A stretch of DNA of 64,000 nucleotides. Source: an uncultured Spirochaetota bacterium (GTDB lineage: Bacteria; Spirochaetota; UBA4802; UBA5550). The stretch lies in assembly GCA_963827275.1 (NCBI GenBank), contig CAWHAA010000002.1, forward strand, positions 64,001 through 128,000, read 5' to 3'. This document shows positions 12,462-21,152 of the stretch, in pieces. The notes under the pieces were generated by a model. It ran no database searches, was not told where the DNA came from, and was given only the letters and a program-made list of their open reading frames with translations. Both the position numbers and the translations under genes were made by a program. Numbering within the stretch: position 1 is the first letter of the stretch; each line of letters opens with the position of its first letter.

Positions 12462-13574
12462 TTATTCAGACAGTTCCCGCACCGAGGCGTAGGGTTCGAC
12501 AATAAAGCCTTTGTAATTCCCGAATTTATCCAGCTTCACCGGATCAAAATGCACCATGGTGAATAGTATCTGGTTCCCGCGGCGGAGAATATCTATCATG
12601 GCTGAACGCCTCTTTTCATCAAGCTCTGAGAAAATATCATCAACGAGGATGATCGATTTTTTCCCTTTTTCCTCCTCGATGACAACGCACTCGGCCACCT
12701 TGAGGGTAACGGCGGCGGTGCGGCGCTGCCCCTGCGACGCGTAGTTGGTGAACCGGTTGCCGGCGCTGTTCTGGAGGACAAAATCGTCACGCTGGGGACC
12801 GATGCCCGTGGAGCCCAGTACCATGTCCCTGCCTCTCATCGCTATCAGCTTTTCATGGATTGCGGCTGCATCGTCAGTTCCGGTCGTGCTGAAATATTCG
12901 ATGTAAGGAGGCTCGTCATCCGGTGCTATGCTCGCATACATCTCGCGGAATATCCTGTTGAACGTCACGATGAAGGCAAGCCGCCTGCTGATTATGCTGC
13001 CCGCCTTCTCGCTAAACAGCGTGTCCCACACATCCAGCTGGTGCAGCTCCCTGCTGTCGCTTCGTATTTTTTTTAAGAGCGCATTCCTGGAAGTGAGAAT
13101 TTTTTTAAATTCATTGAGTGTAACAAAATACGATGCGTCAATCTTCGATATGGCGCTGTCAAAAAACCTTCGCCGGTAATCGGGCGTCCCGTTGATGATG
13201 GTGATATCCCCGGGTGAAAGCACGACCGTCAGGAGCCTGCCGTAATAATCGCCCGCGCTCCTGATCTCCTGCCCGTCTATCTTCAGCCTCTTTTTTATCT
13301 TATCCGACTGCGCGGAGCACCCGATTTCGAAGAGCCGGTCCTCGCTGTCACCGACCGACACGGAACAGTAATACGCATCCTCGTTCCAGCGCACCAATTC
13401 AGCATCATGGATGTTACGGAACGTTTTAATGTTTGACGCCACGGATATGGCTTCAAGGATATTTGTTTTCCCGACGCCGTTATCGCCTATGATGAAATTG
13501 ATTTCAGGTGAAAAAGATATAGTTAAGTTGGCATAATTTCTGAAATTTTTTAGTGTCAGATCCTTTATATACAT
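12462..13574 (-). CDS. recF: DNA replication/repair protein RecF
   Basis: MYIKDLTLKNFRNY, GDNGVGKTNILEAI, SQGQRR, LVDDIFSELD. Confidence 0.95.
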   Translation of the reverse strand: MYIKDLTLKNFRNYANLTISFSPEINFIIGDNGVGKTNILEAISVASNIKTFRNIHDAELVRWNEDAYYCSVSVGDSEDRLFEIGCSAQSDKIKKRLKIDGQEIRSAGDYYGRLLTVVLSPGDITIINGTPDYRRRFFDSAISKIDASYFVTLNEFKKILTSRNALLKKIRSDSRELHQLDVWDTLFSEKAGSIISRRLAFIVTFNRIFREMYASIAPDDEPPYIEYFSTTGTDDAAAIHEKLIAMRGRDMVLGSTGIGPQRDDFVLQNSAGNRFTNYASQGQRRTAAVTLKVAECVVIEEEKGKKSIILVDDIFSELDEKRRSAMIDILRRGNQILFTMVHFDPVKLDKFGNYKGFIVEPYASVRELSE

Positions 13575-13631
13575 GGTGTTTCTGATATGATACGTTATCA
13601 CAATCGCATGAGCACAACAGGGGTGGAACTA

Positions 13632-14765
13632 TCACTCATTCTGTGACGACTTAATCTGAATCGGCATGATGATTGAAATATAGGCGTCATCATTCGCTGG
13701 CACAATGGTGACCGGGCTCATCTGTCCGGTTATGCCGCACCTGATGGTATTCGAGTCAACCTCTTTCAGCGCTTCAATGAGAAACTGGGCGTTAATACCG
13801 ATCGAGATTTTTTCATCCTTGCTGGAAGTGACCGCTATCTCCTCCTCTGCCTCACCCAGCTCGGCGGCGCTTGCCTGCATGATTATCTTGTTCTTCTGGA
13901 TATTCATTATGATCTTGTTGGCCGGCTCCCTGGTAAATATCATCGCCCTCTTGACGGAATCAAACAGCTTCTTGGTCTCAATTTCAATATCAAACATGTA
14001 CTCTTTTGGAAGGACCTGGCGGTAATTCGGAAATTGCCCGTCGACGATTCTCGAAATGATTTCGGTATTCGCTATTTTGAAGAAGCACTGGTTATTATTG
14101 TATGAAAACCTGCATGTTCCCGATGACTCGAGCAGCCGGTACACCTCGTGCACAGTTTTGAGTGGGATGATGATCCCCTCGCCGAAGCTTATATCCTGCT
14201 TGATATTCCTCGTTATAAACGAAAGCCTCCTGGAGTCGGTGGACACGGCTGATACCGAACCCTTCGCATTCGAAATAAAAAAGATGCCGTTGAATACCGG
14301 TTTGATTGTGTCGCTCGATGCCGCGTAGATGACCTTCCTGATCATCTCCTTGAGCACGCTCTGCTCGATTTCAATGGAATTCTCCTCCATGAAATGAGGT
14401 ATTTCAGGAAATTCATCAGCCGACAATCCTATGAGGGTGTAATTACCCTTCACGTCTTTTGATTTTGAGTGAATATTGATTGAGAAGGAATCGCTGACAT
14501 TGACATCAAGTTCGTCATTGGGGAGTTCTTTTAATATACTGGAAAATTTTTTCCCGTTTGCCGCAAACGATACTGCTTTATCAGACCGGGCCGCAACGCT
14601 GGTGCGTATGGCTATCTCGTTGTCCGTTGAGACGATCTCAATCGTGTTCTTCGACACGTTGAAAAGGCAGTTCGCCAGGATGGTATTAATATTTTTTGAT
14701 GAAATGATAGAGTCGGCTATATTTATAGATTTCAGCAACGATTCCTTGTCTATGGTAATTAACAT
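13632..14765 (-). CDS. dnaN: DNA polymerase III beta sliding clamp
   Basis: STDNEI, STDSRRL, GQFPNYRQVLP, IIMPI C-terminus; downstream of dnaA. Confidence 0.96.
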   Translation of the reverse strand: MLITIDKESLLKSINIADSIISSKNINTILANCLFNVSKNTIEIVSTDNEIAIRTSVAARSDKAVSFAANGKKFSSILKELPNDELDVNVSDSFSINIHSKSKDVKGNYTLIGLSADEFPEIPHFMEENSIEIEQSVLKEMIRKVIYAASSDTIKPVFNGIFFISNAKGSVSAVSTDSRRLSFITRNIKQDISFGEGIIIPLKTVHEVYRLLESSGTCRFSYNNNQCFFKIANTEIISRIVDGQFPNYRQVLPKEYMFDIEIETKKLFDSVKRAMIFTREPANKIIMNIQKNKIIMQASAAELGEAEEEIAVTSSKDEKISIGINAQFLIEALKEVDSNTIRCGITGQMSPVTIVPANDDAYISIIMPIQIKSSQNE

Positions 14766-14780
14766 TACGAGCTCCTTCTA

Positions 14781-15012
14781 ATACACTATATAATAATTTA
14801 TTAATAATTAGCTGCAGTAGTAGTGAAAAAAATTTGTTAATAAGCTCAGAACTACTGATAAATCCAGTAAGTAGCGAATTTCCCCCCTGTTGATAAATAA
14901 TGAAACCATAAAAGAAAATTACAAGAATTATTTAAAAAACAACAAATGATGAACGGAGGCGCACCGGCGGACGATGTTGTCAACAGGGTGCCTGGCGAAT
15001 GTCCACACGTTA
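14781..15012. other. oriC part 2: dnaA-dnaN intergenic region with DnaA-box variants, DnaA-trios and AT-rich unwinding element
   Basis: Boxes TGTTAATAA 14835-14843, TGTTGATAA 14888-14896, TTGTCAACA 14977-14985; CAG-TAG-TAG trio-like run at about 14815-14823; AT-rich run ATATAATAATTTATTAATAATTA next to it. Confidence 0.7.
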
Positions 15013-16362
15013 TTAACTTTTTAATTCAACGATAAGATCGTCGATGATCTCCTTGAATTCGTTGTTGCTGTTCATGTCTTCGATGATCTTGTTGCACGCG
15101 TTAATGACGGTCGAATGATCGCGGTCGCCGAACTCTTTTCCTATATCAGTCGTGGTCATACCGGCGAGTTCGCGCGCCAGGTACATGCCAATGAAGCGCG
15201 GCTGGATCAACCTGCCATGTCTGCTTTTTGATTTAAGGTCTTCAACGGAAACGTCGAATTTTGCGGATACCTTGTTTATAATATCGGTAACCGATACCAT
15301 CTTGTTCGAATCGACATCGAAGAGCTCTTTCAGGTTGATCTTGACATTTTCTATGGTGATCTCGCTTCCGGAAAACATGGAAATCATTTTCAACTTGCTG
15401 ACCGCAGATTCAAGGGCGCGTATATTCGATTTTATCCGGCGCGCGATATAGCTGAATGCCTCGTCGGATATGATTAATTGTTCCTTTTCAGCCTTGTTCC
15501 TCAGTATTGCCTCGCGTGTTTCAAGGTTCGGCGCCTGGATGTCGATGATCATCCCCCATTCAAAGCGCGTCCTGAGCCGGTCGGCAAGGGTGGCTATCTG
15601 CTTGGGTGGACGATCGCTTGAGATGACGATCTGCTTTTTATTCTCATGAAGCGAATTGAAGACATTGAAGAATTCATTCTGCGTCTCTTCCTTGTTTTCG
15701 ATGAACTGAATGTCGTCAATCAGCAGCAGGTCCACGTGGCGGTATTTGATCTGGAAGCTCTCCTGGGTCCTGTTGCGGATGGCGTTGATGAATTCAGATA
15801 TAAAATTCTGCGTTGAAACGAAGAGTACCTTGAGGTACGGTTTTTCCTTGTTGATATAATGGCCGATCGCCTGGAGCAGGTGCGTTTTGCCGAGACCCGT
15901 TGAACCGTAGATAAAGAGAGGATTGACCTGGGTACCCGGGGCCTGCGACACGGAATAGGCCGCGGCATGGGCGTACTGATTGTTGGGACCGATGACGAAA
16001 TTTTCAAAGGTATATTGAGGATTAAGCGTTGATTCGGTTATCATCTGGTCTCTCTTAAACACCTGGGTGTTCTGTGCCGTTGCGGCCCCGGACCGGGGAT
16101 CGGCCTGATCCGGGACAAAGCCATTTGACGTAACGATCTCACAGATGTAATTCTGTCCTGTGATCTCTTTGAGCTTGGACGAAATCTGCGTTATATATTG
16201 CTCCGTGATATGCCGCCGCGTCACTTCATCCATTACTTTTATCTTAAAGATATTTTCAGTAATTGATAATGGCTGCGTATCTTTCAACCACATATTAAAA
16301 GATTGCTTATTAACGCTGGATTCAAGTGATTCCAGCACGGTATTCCAAATTTCTCTGGGCAA
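15013..16362 (-). CDS. dnaA: Chromosomal replication initiator DnaA
   Basis: LNPQYTFENFVIG, YGSTGLGKTHLL, LLIDDIQF, RLRTRFEWG, GDRDHSTV. TTG start. Confidence 0.98.
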   Translation of the reverse strand: MPREIWNTVLESLESSVNKQSFNMWLKDTQPLSITENIFKIKVMDEVTRRHITEQYITQISSKLKEITGQNYICEIVTSNGFVPDQADPRSGAATAQNTQVFKRDQMITESTLNPQYTFENFVIGPNNQYAHAAAYSVSQAPGTQVNPLFIYGSTGLGKTHLLQAIGHYINKEKPYLKVLFVSTQNFISEFINAIRNRTQESFQIKYRHVDLLLIDDIQFIENKEETQNEFFNVFNSLHENKKQIVISSDRPPKQIATLADRLRTRFEWGMIIDIQAPNLETREAILRNKAEKEQLIISDEAFSYIARRIKSNIRALESAVSKLKMISMFSGSEITIENVKINLKELFDVDSNKMVSVTDIINKVSAKFDVSVEDLKSKSRHGRLIQPRFIGMYLARELAGMTTTDIGKEFGDRDHSTVINACNKIIEDMNSNNEFKEIIDDLIVELKS

Positions 16363-16939
16363 AATATCCCCCTGAAATTATCCACAAATGTTAATAACGT
16401 TGTGTATAAGTATATTAATGTTCAGTATGATAAATTTTATTAAACATTTATCTGATTCATATAGTTTTTTAAGAATAATTATAAATGGGCATACTTGAAA
16501 AAATCTCCGATCATCAGGAATACAGATTCACAGGGAATGCACCAGAACCCATGAGCCATTGTGACCCTGAAGCCTGCATAAGATAAAATTTTTCATGAAT
16601 ATAGCACGAAAAACATTGTTTAGTGCATGAATTCAAGAAATGTGTTCATGAATATTATGTCTTGTTGATAGTGGAGTGAATTATTTTTGGCAAGAAATTA
16701 ATACATGAATTCTTTTTATAAAATAAAATTTTTATTAATTCTTTATATAGCTTTGATAACCTGTGGATAACTGGAATAACTTGTTAATAACCTGCCTGAA
16801 AATTGTGCATAAGTTATGGATACCGTTTTCATCGCACATTACCGTTGAAAACTATATCAACGGGTGTCATTTTTGTTTTTTACAACAAAAATGGTCGACA
16901 TTATATTAAAATAGTATAATTATAATAATTTGTTTCGCT
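16363..16939. other. oriC part 1 / dnaA promoter region with DnaA-box clusters
   Basis: TTATCCACA 16378-16386, TGTTAATAA 16389-16397, TGTGTATAA 16401-16409, TGTGGATAA 16762-16770, TGTTAATAA 16782-16790, TGTGCATAA 16804-16812. About 580 bp, strongly AT-rich, non-coding. Confidence 0.85.
16594..16710. repeat. Four direct CATGAAT repeats in the origin region
   Basis: CATGAAT at 16594, 16626, 16647 and 16704. Confidence 0.6.
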
Positions 16940-16951
16940 GTGATGCAATAC

Positions 16952-17818
16952 ATGGCAAAGAAAAGCGTCAAATTATACAGCACTGAAGATATAACCAGGA
17001 CCTATGAACAGGTTCATGACCTCCTGTTGACCAGGTATATCATAAAGACCTATTCAACCAATAAAGAAGATATCCGCGATGTCGCGCTCAGGAAATTGAA
17101 GCTGAACAGGGTAAAACGGGTGCTCGAGCTCGGGTGCGGGTATGGGTTTTTTATCGAGAAACTGAAGGGCATTCTCCATGATGATGCGGTGATCATCGGG
17201 ATGGACATGGTCGAGAACAACCGTGAACCCTATCTTCATTCTGTTGCGTCAATAAAATACAAGGGAGAGTTTATTACGGGAGATGCAGAAATCATCAGGC
17301 AGATGCCGCGCGCATCTTTCGACCTGATCATTACCAGCTATTCCCTCTATTTTTTCCCTTACCTTATCCCGGAGATAGCCAGAATTCTCTCTCCCGATGG
17401 CATGTTTGTCGCCATAACACACAGCAAGAATACCCTCCGTGAGATGATGGGTTTTATCACCGCATGCATGAATACCCTGGGAATACAGAATCATGATGTT
17501 ACGGTTCTCAACAAGCTGTTCCTTGCTTTTTCACTCGAGGAGGGCAGGGAGCAGCTGGAAAAATATTTTGCAGATGTGGAGCGGCTGGATTTCAACAATT
17601 CGATGGTCTTTGATGAAGCGCATATCGATGACCTGCTTTATTATATCAAAAAAAAGAAGGTCCTCATATACAAGGAAGTCATGGACCTGATACCTGATAA
17701 GATGAGCGATATGGAGCGATGCGTGGAAGACAAGATCATCGAGTATTCGCGGCGGCACGGGTCATTGTTGCTGACCAAGGACGATGCCGTTTTCAGGTGC
17801 AGGGGCCCGTTGAATTAA
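16952..17818 (+). CDS. Class I SAM-dependent methyltransferase
   Basis: VLELGCGYG motif I, IGMD, FDLII, RILSPDGMF. Start could be 16940, 16943 or 16952. Confidence 0.85.
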   Translation: MAKKSVKLYSTEDITRTYEQVHDLLLTRYIIKTYSTNKEDIRDVALRKLKLNRVKRVLELGCGYGFFIEKLKGILHDDAVIIGMDMVENNREPYLHSVASIKYKGEFITGDAEIIRQMPRASFDLIITSYSLYFFPYLIPEIARILSPDGMFVAITHSKNTLREMMGFITACMNTLGIQNHDVTVLNKLFLAFSLEEGREQLEKYFADVERLDFNNSMVFDEAHIDDLLYYIKKKKVLIYKEVMDLIPDKMSDMERCVEDKIIEYSRRHGSLLLTKDDAVFRCRGPLN

Positions 17819-17833
17819 GGAAGAGCAGGGTGC

Positions 17834-18844
17834 ATGAAAAAAGCAAGATTGTTTTGTCCCCATTGCGGCAGCGGGATTTCAAGCAAAGACCAGGACGGGA
17901 AATCCCGGGACTATTGCACAGGATGCAATACCTTTTTCTATGAGAACCCCCTCCCGGTCGCCAGCACGGTGGTGGTGAATGACCGCCGCGAGGTCTTGCT
18001 GGTGCGCCGGAAAAAGGACCCCTACAAGGACATGTGGTGCCTGCCGATCGGCTTCGCGGAATCCGGAGAGGAAATCACCGGGGCGGCGCTCAGGGAGCTG
18101 CAGGAGGAAGCGGGCATCACGGGTGAAATCGTCCGTCTCATCGATGTGGATACCGTTGATAATTATTTTTACGGCAGCCTCGCGATCGTGACCTATGAGG
18201 TGCGGCAGACCGGCGGTACCGTGCAGCCGGGCGATGACGCCTCAGACGCACAATTCTTCCCGATCGAAGAGCTTCCCGAGCTGGCCTGGTCCTCGAATAC
18301 AAAGGCCATGAAAATCTATCTGGAGCTCTACAGGGACGCATGGGCGATGCTGGATTCTTTCAAACAGCTCTACCCGGAGATGGCTACCATTGATTCGATC
18401 GCGCAGGTCACCGACGGGCAGAGGCATTTATTATCAAACGTGCTCATAAAGATCCTGAGCTCCGATAACAAGGAGATAACGAGGAAATGGTCATACGAGA
18501 TCGGGGTGAAAATCCCGATGCTGAAAGAATATCTTGATGTTCTCCTCCCCGTGAACGGCAAAATTTTGTGGTTTCTGCAGCGTCATCTCCAGGGGAATGA
18601 CGCCGCAGGCGATTACAATGAATTCATCGAGATCGGCGCGGAGCTACAGCGGGCGGAGCTCCCGCTGCCCGAGTTGATCACGGCAATGGCGCTCAGCAGG
18701 AAGATGATCTGGACGCACGTGATAAAAAAGAAGATCCTCGCATCCCCGCTTGAGATATACACGACCCTTGAATTGAATAACCGGATTATTTTTATTTATG
18801 ATAAAATAATCTATTTTCTTGCGCGCGGGTACAGTGAGCGATGA
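17834..18844 (+). CDS. Zn-ribbon Nudix hydrolase with C-terminal RsbRD_N-like helical domain
   Basis: FCPHCG...YCTGC...YENP; complete Nudix box GFAESGEEITGAALRELQEEAGI; C-terminal 140 aa ending LELNNRIIFIYDKIIYFLARGY. Confidence 0.85.
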   Translation: MKKARLFCPHCGSGISSKDQDGKSRDYCTGCNTFFYENPLPVASTVVVNDRREVLLVRRKKDPYKDMWCLPIGFAESGEEITGAALRELQEEAGITGEIVRLIDVDTVDNYFYGSLAIVTYEVRQTGGTVQPGDDASDAQFFPIEELPELAWSSNTKAMKIYLELYRDAWAMLDSFKQLYPEMATIDSIAQVTDGQRHLLSNVLIKILSSDNKEITRKWSYEIGVKIPMLKEYLDVLLPVNGKILWFLQRHLQGNDAAGDYNEFIEIGAELQRAELPLPELITAMALSRKMIWTHVIKKKILASPLEIYTTLELNNRIIFIYDKIIYFLARGYSER

Positions 18845-19404
18845 CTGACCGGAAGAGATTGCTCGTACGTGGCGGGAGCATCGCTGCGGGGTATGGCGTC
18901 GCGAGGAATTACGTTGATATTATTTCGGAATCATTTCCCGGCATCGAGGTCATCAACAGGTCGCGCTGCAGGGACACTTCGTTCCAGGGAATATGGACGT
19001 TTTACGATGATATTGATGCGTTCCGGCCTGATATACTTGCGCTCCATTTCGGCATTGATGACGCGTATAATCCGGTTTATCGTTCCGAATTCAAGGAAAA
19101 TCTCGTCCAGATAGTGCGGCTGTCGAGAAAAAGATTTGATCCTGAAATAATATTATTGACCTCACACCCGTTTGATAATCAGTATGAGATGGAGATGATC
19201 TATATCTACTATCGGACCATCCGCGAGGTGGCGACCGATTGTTCGTGCGTGCTGGTCCCGGTGCACGTGTTCTGGGCGGGGGCCATCGAAGAACGGGGCA
19301 TGGCGTTACACGACCTCGTGCAGGAGGACTGCCGGTACCCTGTCGAACAGGGGCATGCGCTGTATGCTGAAGCGTTCATCTCAAAATTGTCGAACATGAT
19401 ATGA
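18841..19404 (+). CDS. SGNH/GDSL hydrolase family protein with atypical catalytic motifs
   Basis: GGSIAAGYG (block I), PDILALHFGIDD (block III), DCRYP...GH (block V). ATGA overlap with the upstream gene. Confidence 0.7.
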   Translation: MTDRKRLLVRGGSIAAGYGVARNYVDIISESFPGIEVINRSRCRDTSFQGIWTFYDDIDAFRPDILALHFGIDDAYNPVYRSEFKENLVQIVRLSRKRFDPEIILLTSHPFDNQYEMEMIYIYYRTIREVATDCSCVLVPVHVFWAGAIEERGMALHDLVQEDCRYPVEQGHALYAEAFISKLSNMI

Positions 19405-19434
19405 CCATGAATGACCATCGCAAAGGAGTCCGCA

Positions 19435-19761
19435 ATGTCCGTTATTATCAAGGATATAAAAAAGAATAACAATGAAATCATCAGGATCGAGGTTTCGGAA
19501 TTCAAGGGCCGGGATCTCATTAATATCAGGATATGGTATCAGACGATAGACAGCGGCAGCGGCGATCTCATATACAAGCCGACACAGAAAGGAGTGACGC
19601 TGAACGTTGCCGAATTTGAAGAATTGAAGGACGGCGTGGAAAAGCTGGGAAATTTTCTTCATGACCAGCTCGCAGGGAAAAAGCCGGAGCAGCCGGGGGA
19701 CGAGAAACCTTCTGCAGGAAAAAAGGAGTCCAAACCGGCACAAGACGATTCTCCCGAGTAA
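19435..19761 (+). CDS. PC4/p15 (YdbC-like) ssDNA-binding protein
   Basis: EIIRIEVSEFKGRDLINIRIWY...KPTQKGVTL; AAGGAG RBS before ATG 19435. Confidence 0.85.
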   Translation: MSVIIKDIKKNNNEIIRIEVSEFKGRDLINIRIWYQTIDSGSGDLIYKPTQKGVTLNVAEFEELKDGVEKLGNFLHDQLAGKKPEQPGDEKPSAGKKESKPAQDDSPE

Positions 19762-19821
19762 CCTGGTACCGCGCTCACATGGCGGCAGTACGAAACCGCG
19801 GAAGGAACGGCGTGGCGCGCG

Positions 19822-20970
19822 TTAAAATTCAATATTAAGAAAGGCTATATCGTCGACCCTGTTATCGAGGGAGGTAAAGGACCGAACTCCCTGCAGGAGC
19901 GCATCGCAGAACGCATCCCCGCTGATCCCGCTCTTCTCCACCATTATCTTTGCGAGCCTGTTTTCACCGAACTCTTCACCGGTATTATTTTTGATTTCAG
20001 ATATCCCGTCGGTATAGAGGAGCAGCTTGTCGCCCGGTTCGACAGAGAGCTGTTTTTCCTCATAGCAGGTGTCTTTTGCGAGCCCGATAAAGAAGCCGTT
20101 TGTGTCAAGGGCCAGGACCTTCTTCGAGGATGCCCGGTAATACAGGGCCCTGGTGTGGCCGGCGTTTGAGTAATTGATGGTCCTTGTTTTATTGTCATAG
20201 ATGACAAAGAACGATGTGATAAACTGCGTATCGAGGAGCAGTCCGTTCAACTGCTCGTTGACCGTTGTAAAGAGCTCGCTGGTGCTGGTATACCGGGATG
20301 AATAGATACTGAATATCATCTTTGCCATGGTCATGACGAGGGCGGCAGGGATGCCGTGGCCGGTTACATCTGCAATCAGGAACCCCGTCTTTTCGTCAGG
20401 GAGCTGATAACAATCGAAGAAATCGCCGCCGATGTCCTCTATGGGAAGGTACAGCCCGCTGACCAGGGGGTAGGGGATGTGGGAAAAGTCCTTGCATATG
20501 ATAAATTGCTGTACTCGTTTCGCAATCTCAAGCTCCTTGTTGAGCTGCACGTTGCGCTCGTAGAGCTCGTTATGGACGCTTTTCAGCCTCAGGAGGGAAA
20601 GGACGCGGGCGACAAGCTCTTTCTCGTTGAATGGCTTTAAGAGAAAATCATCCGCCCCGATGCGGAGTCCCTTGATTTTTGAATTGAGATCGTCTGAACC
20701 GGTGATGAGGATGACCGGGATGAAGTCATCTCCCACGGTATCCTTGAACTTGGCCAGGAAGCCAAACCCGTCAAGCCGCGGCATGACGATGTCGACCAGC
20801 ACGAGATCATATTTTTTGTTCTGCAGGGCGTTCAACCCCTCGATCCCGTCCGCGGCTTCATCAACTTTCATGTTCAGCGAAGAAAGTGTTTTCTTGATGA
20901 TGGCCCTGTTAAGCTTGCTGTCATCAACAACGAGAATGTTCCATTCATTATTTAGGTAATCGAGATTCAT
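19822..20970 (-). CDS. Response regulator PP2C/SpoIIE (RsbU-like) phosphatase
   Basis: ILVVDD...LVDIVMP receiver; IGGDFFD, IADVTGHGIPAA, LYTDGISE, VDDIA. Confidence 0.92.
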   Translation of the reverse strand: MNLDYLNNEWNILVVDDSKLNRAIIKKTLSSLNMKVDEAADGIEGLNALQNKKYDLVLVDIVMPRLDGFGFLAKFKDTVGDDFIPVILITGSDDLNSKIKGLRIGADDFLLKPFNEKELVARVLSLLRLKSVHNELYERNVQLNKELEIAKRVQQFIICKDFSHIPYPLVSGLYLPIEDIGGDFFDCYQLPDEKTGFLIADVTGHGIPAALVMTMAKMIFSIYSSRYTSTSELFTTVNEQLNGLLLDTQFITSFFVIYDNKTRTINYSNAGHTRALYYRASSKKVLALDTNGFFIGLAKDTCYEEKQLSVEPGDKLLLYTDGISEIKNNTGEEFGENRLAKIMVEKSGISGDAFCDALLQGVRSFTSLDNRVDDIAFLNIEF

Positions 20971-21152
20971 TAACTATCGTACCGTGTATGATGTTTAACA
21001 CGAACTATATTTATGATTGATAATATTTCAACTCATTAATTATTGGATTGAAAAATTGACGGCAACGTCACCACCATCCTATCGGTCAGCGACGCGCCAG
21101 TCGTGATACGCAGCGTACGAATCAATAAAAAATTAACGCGGCTTTATTTCAA

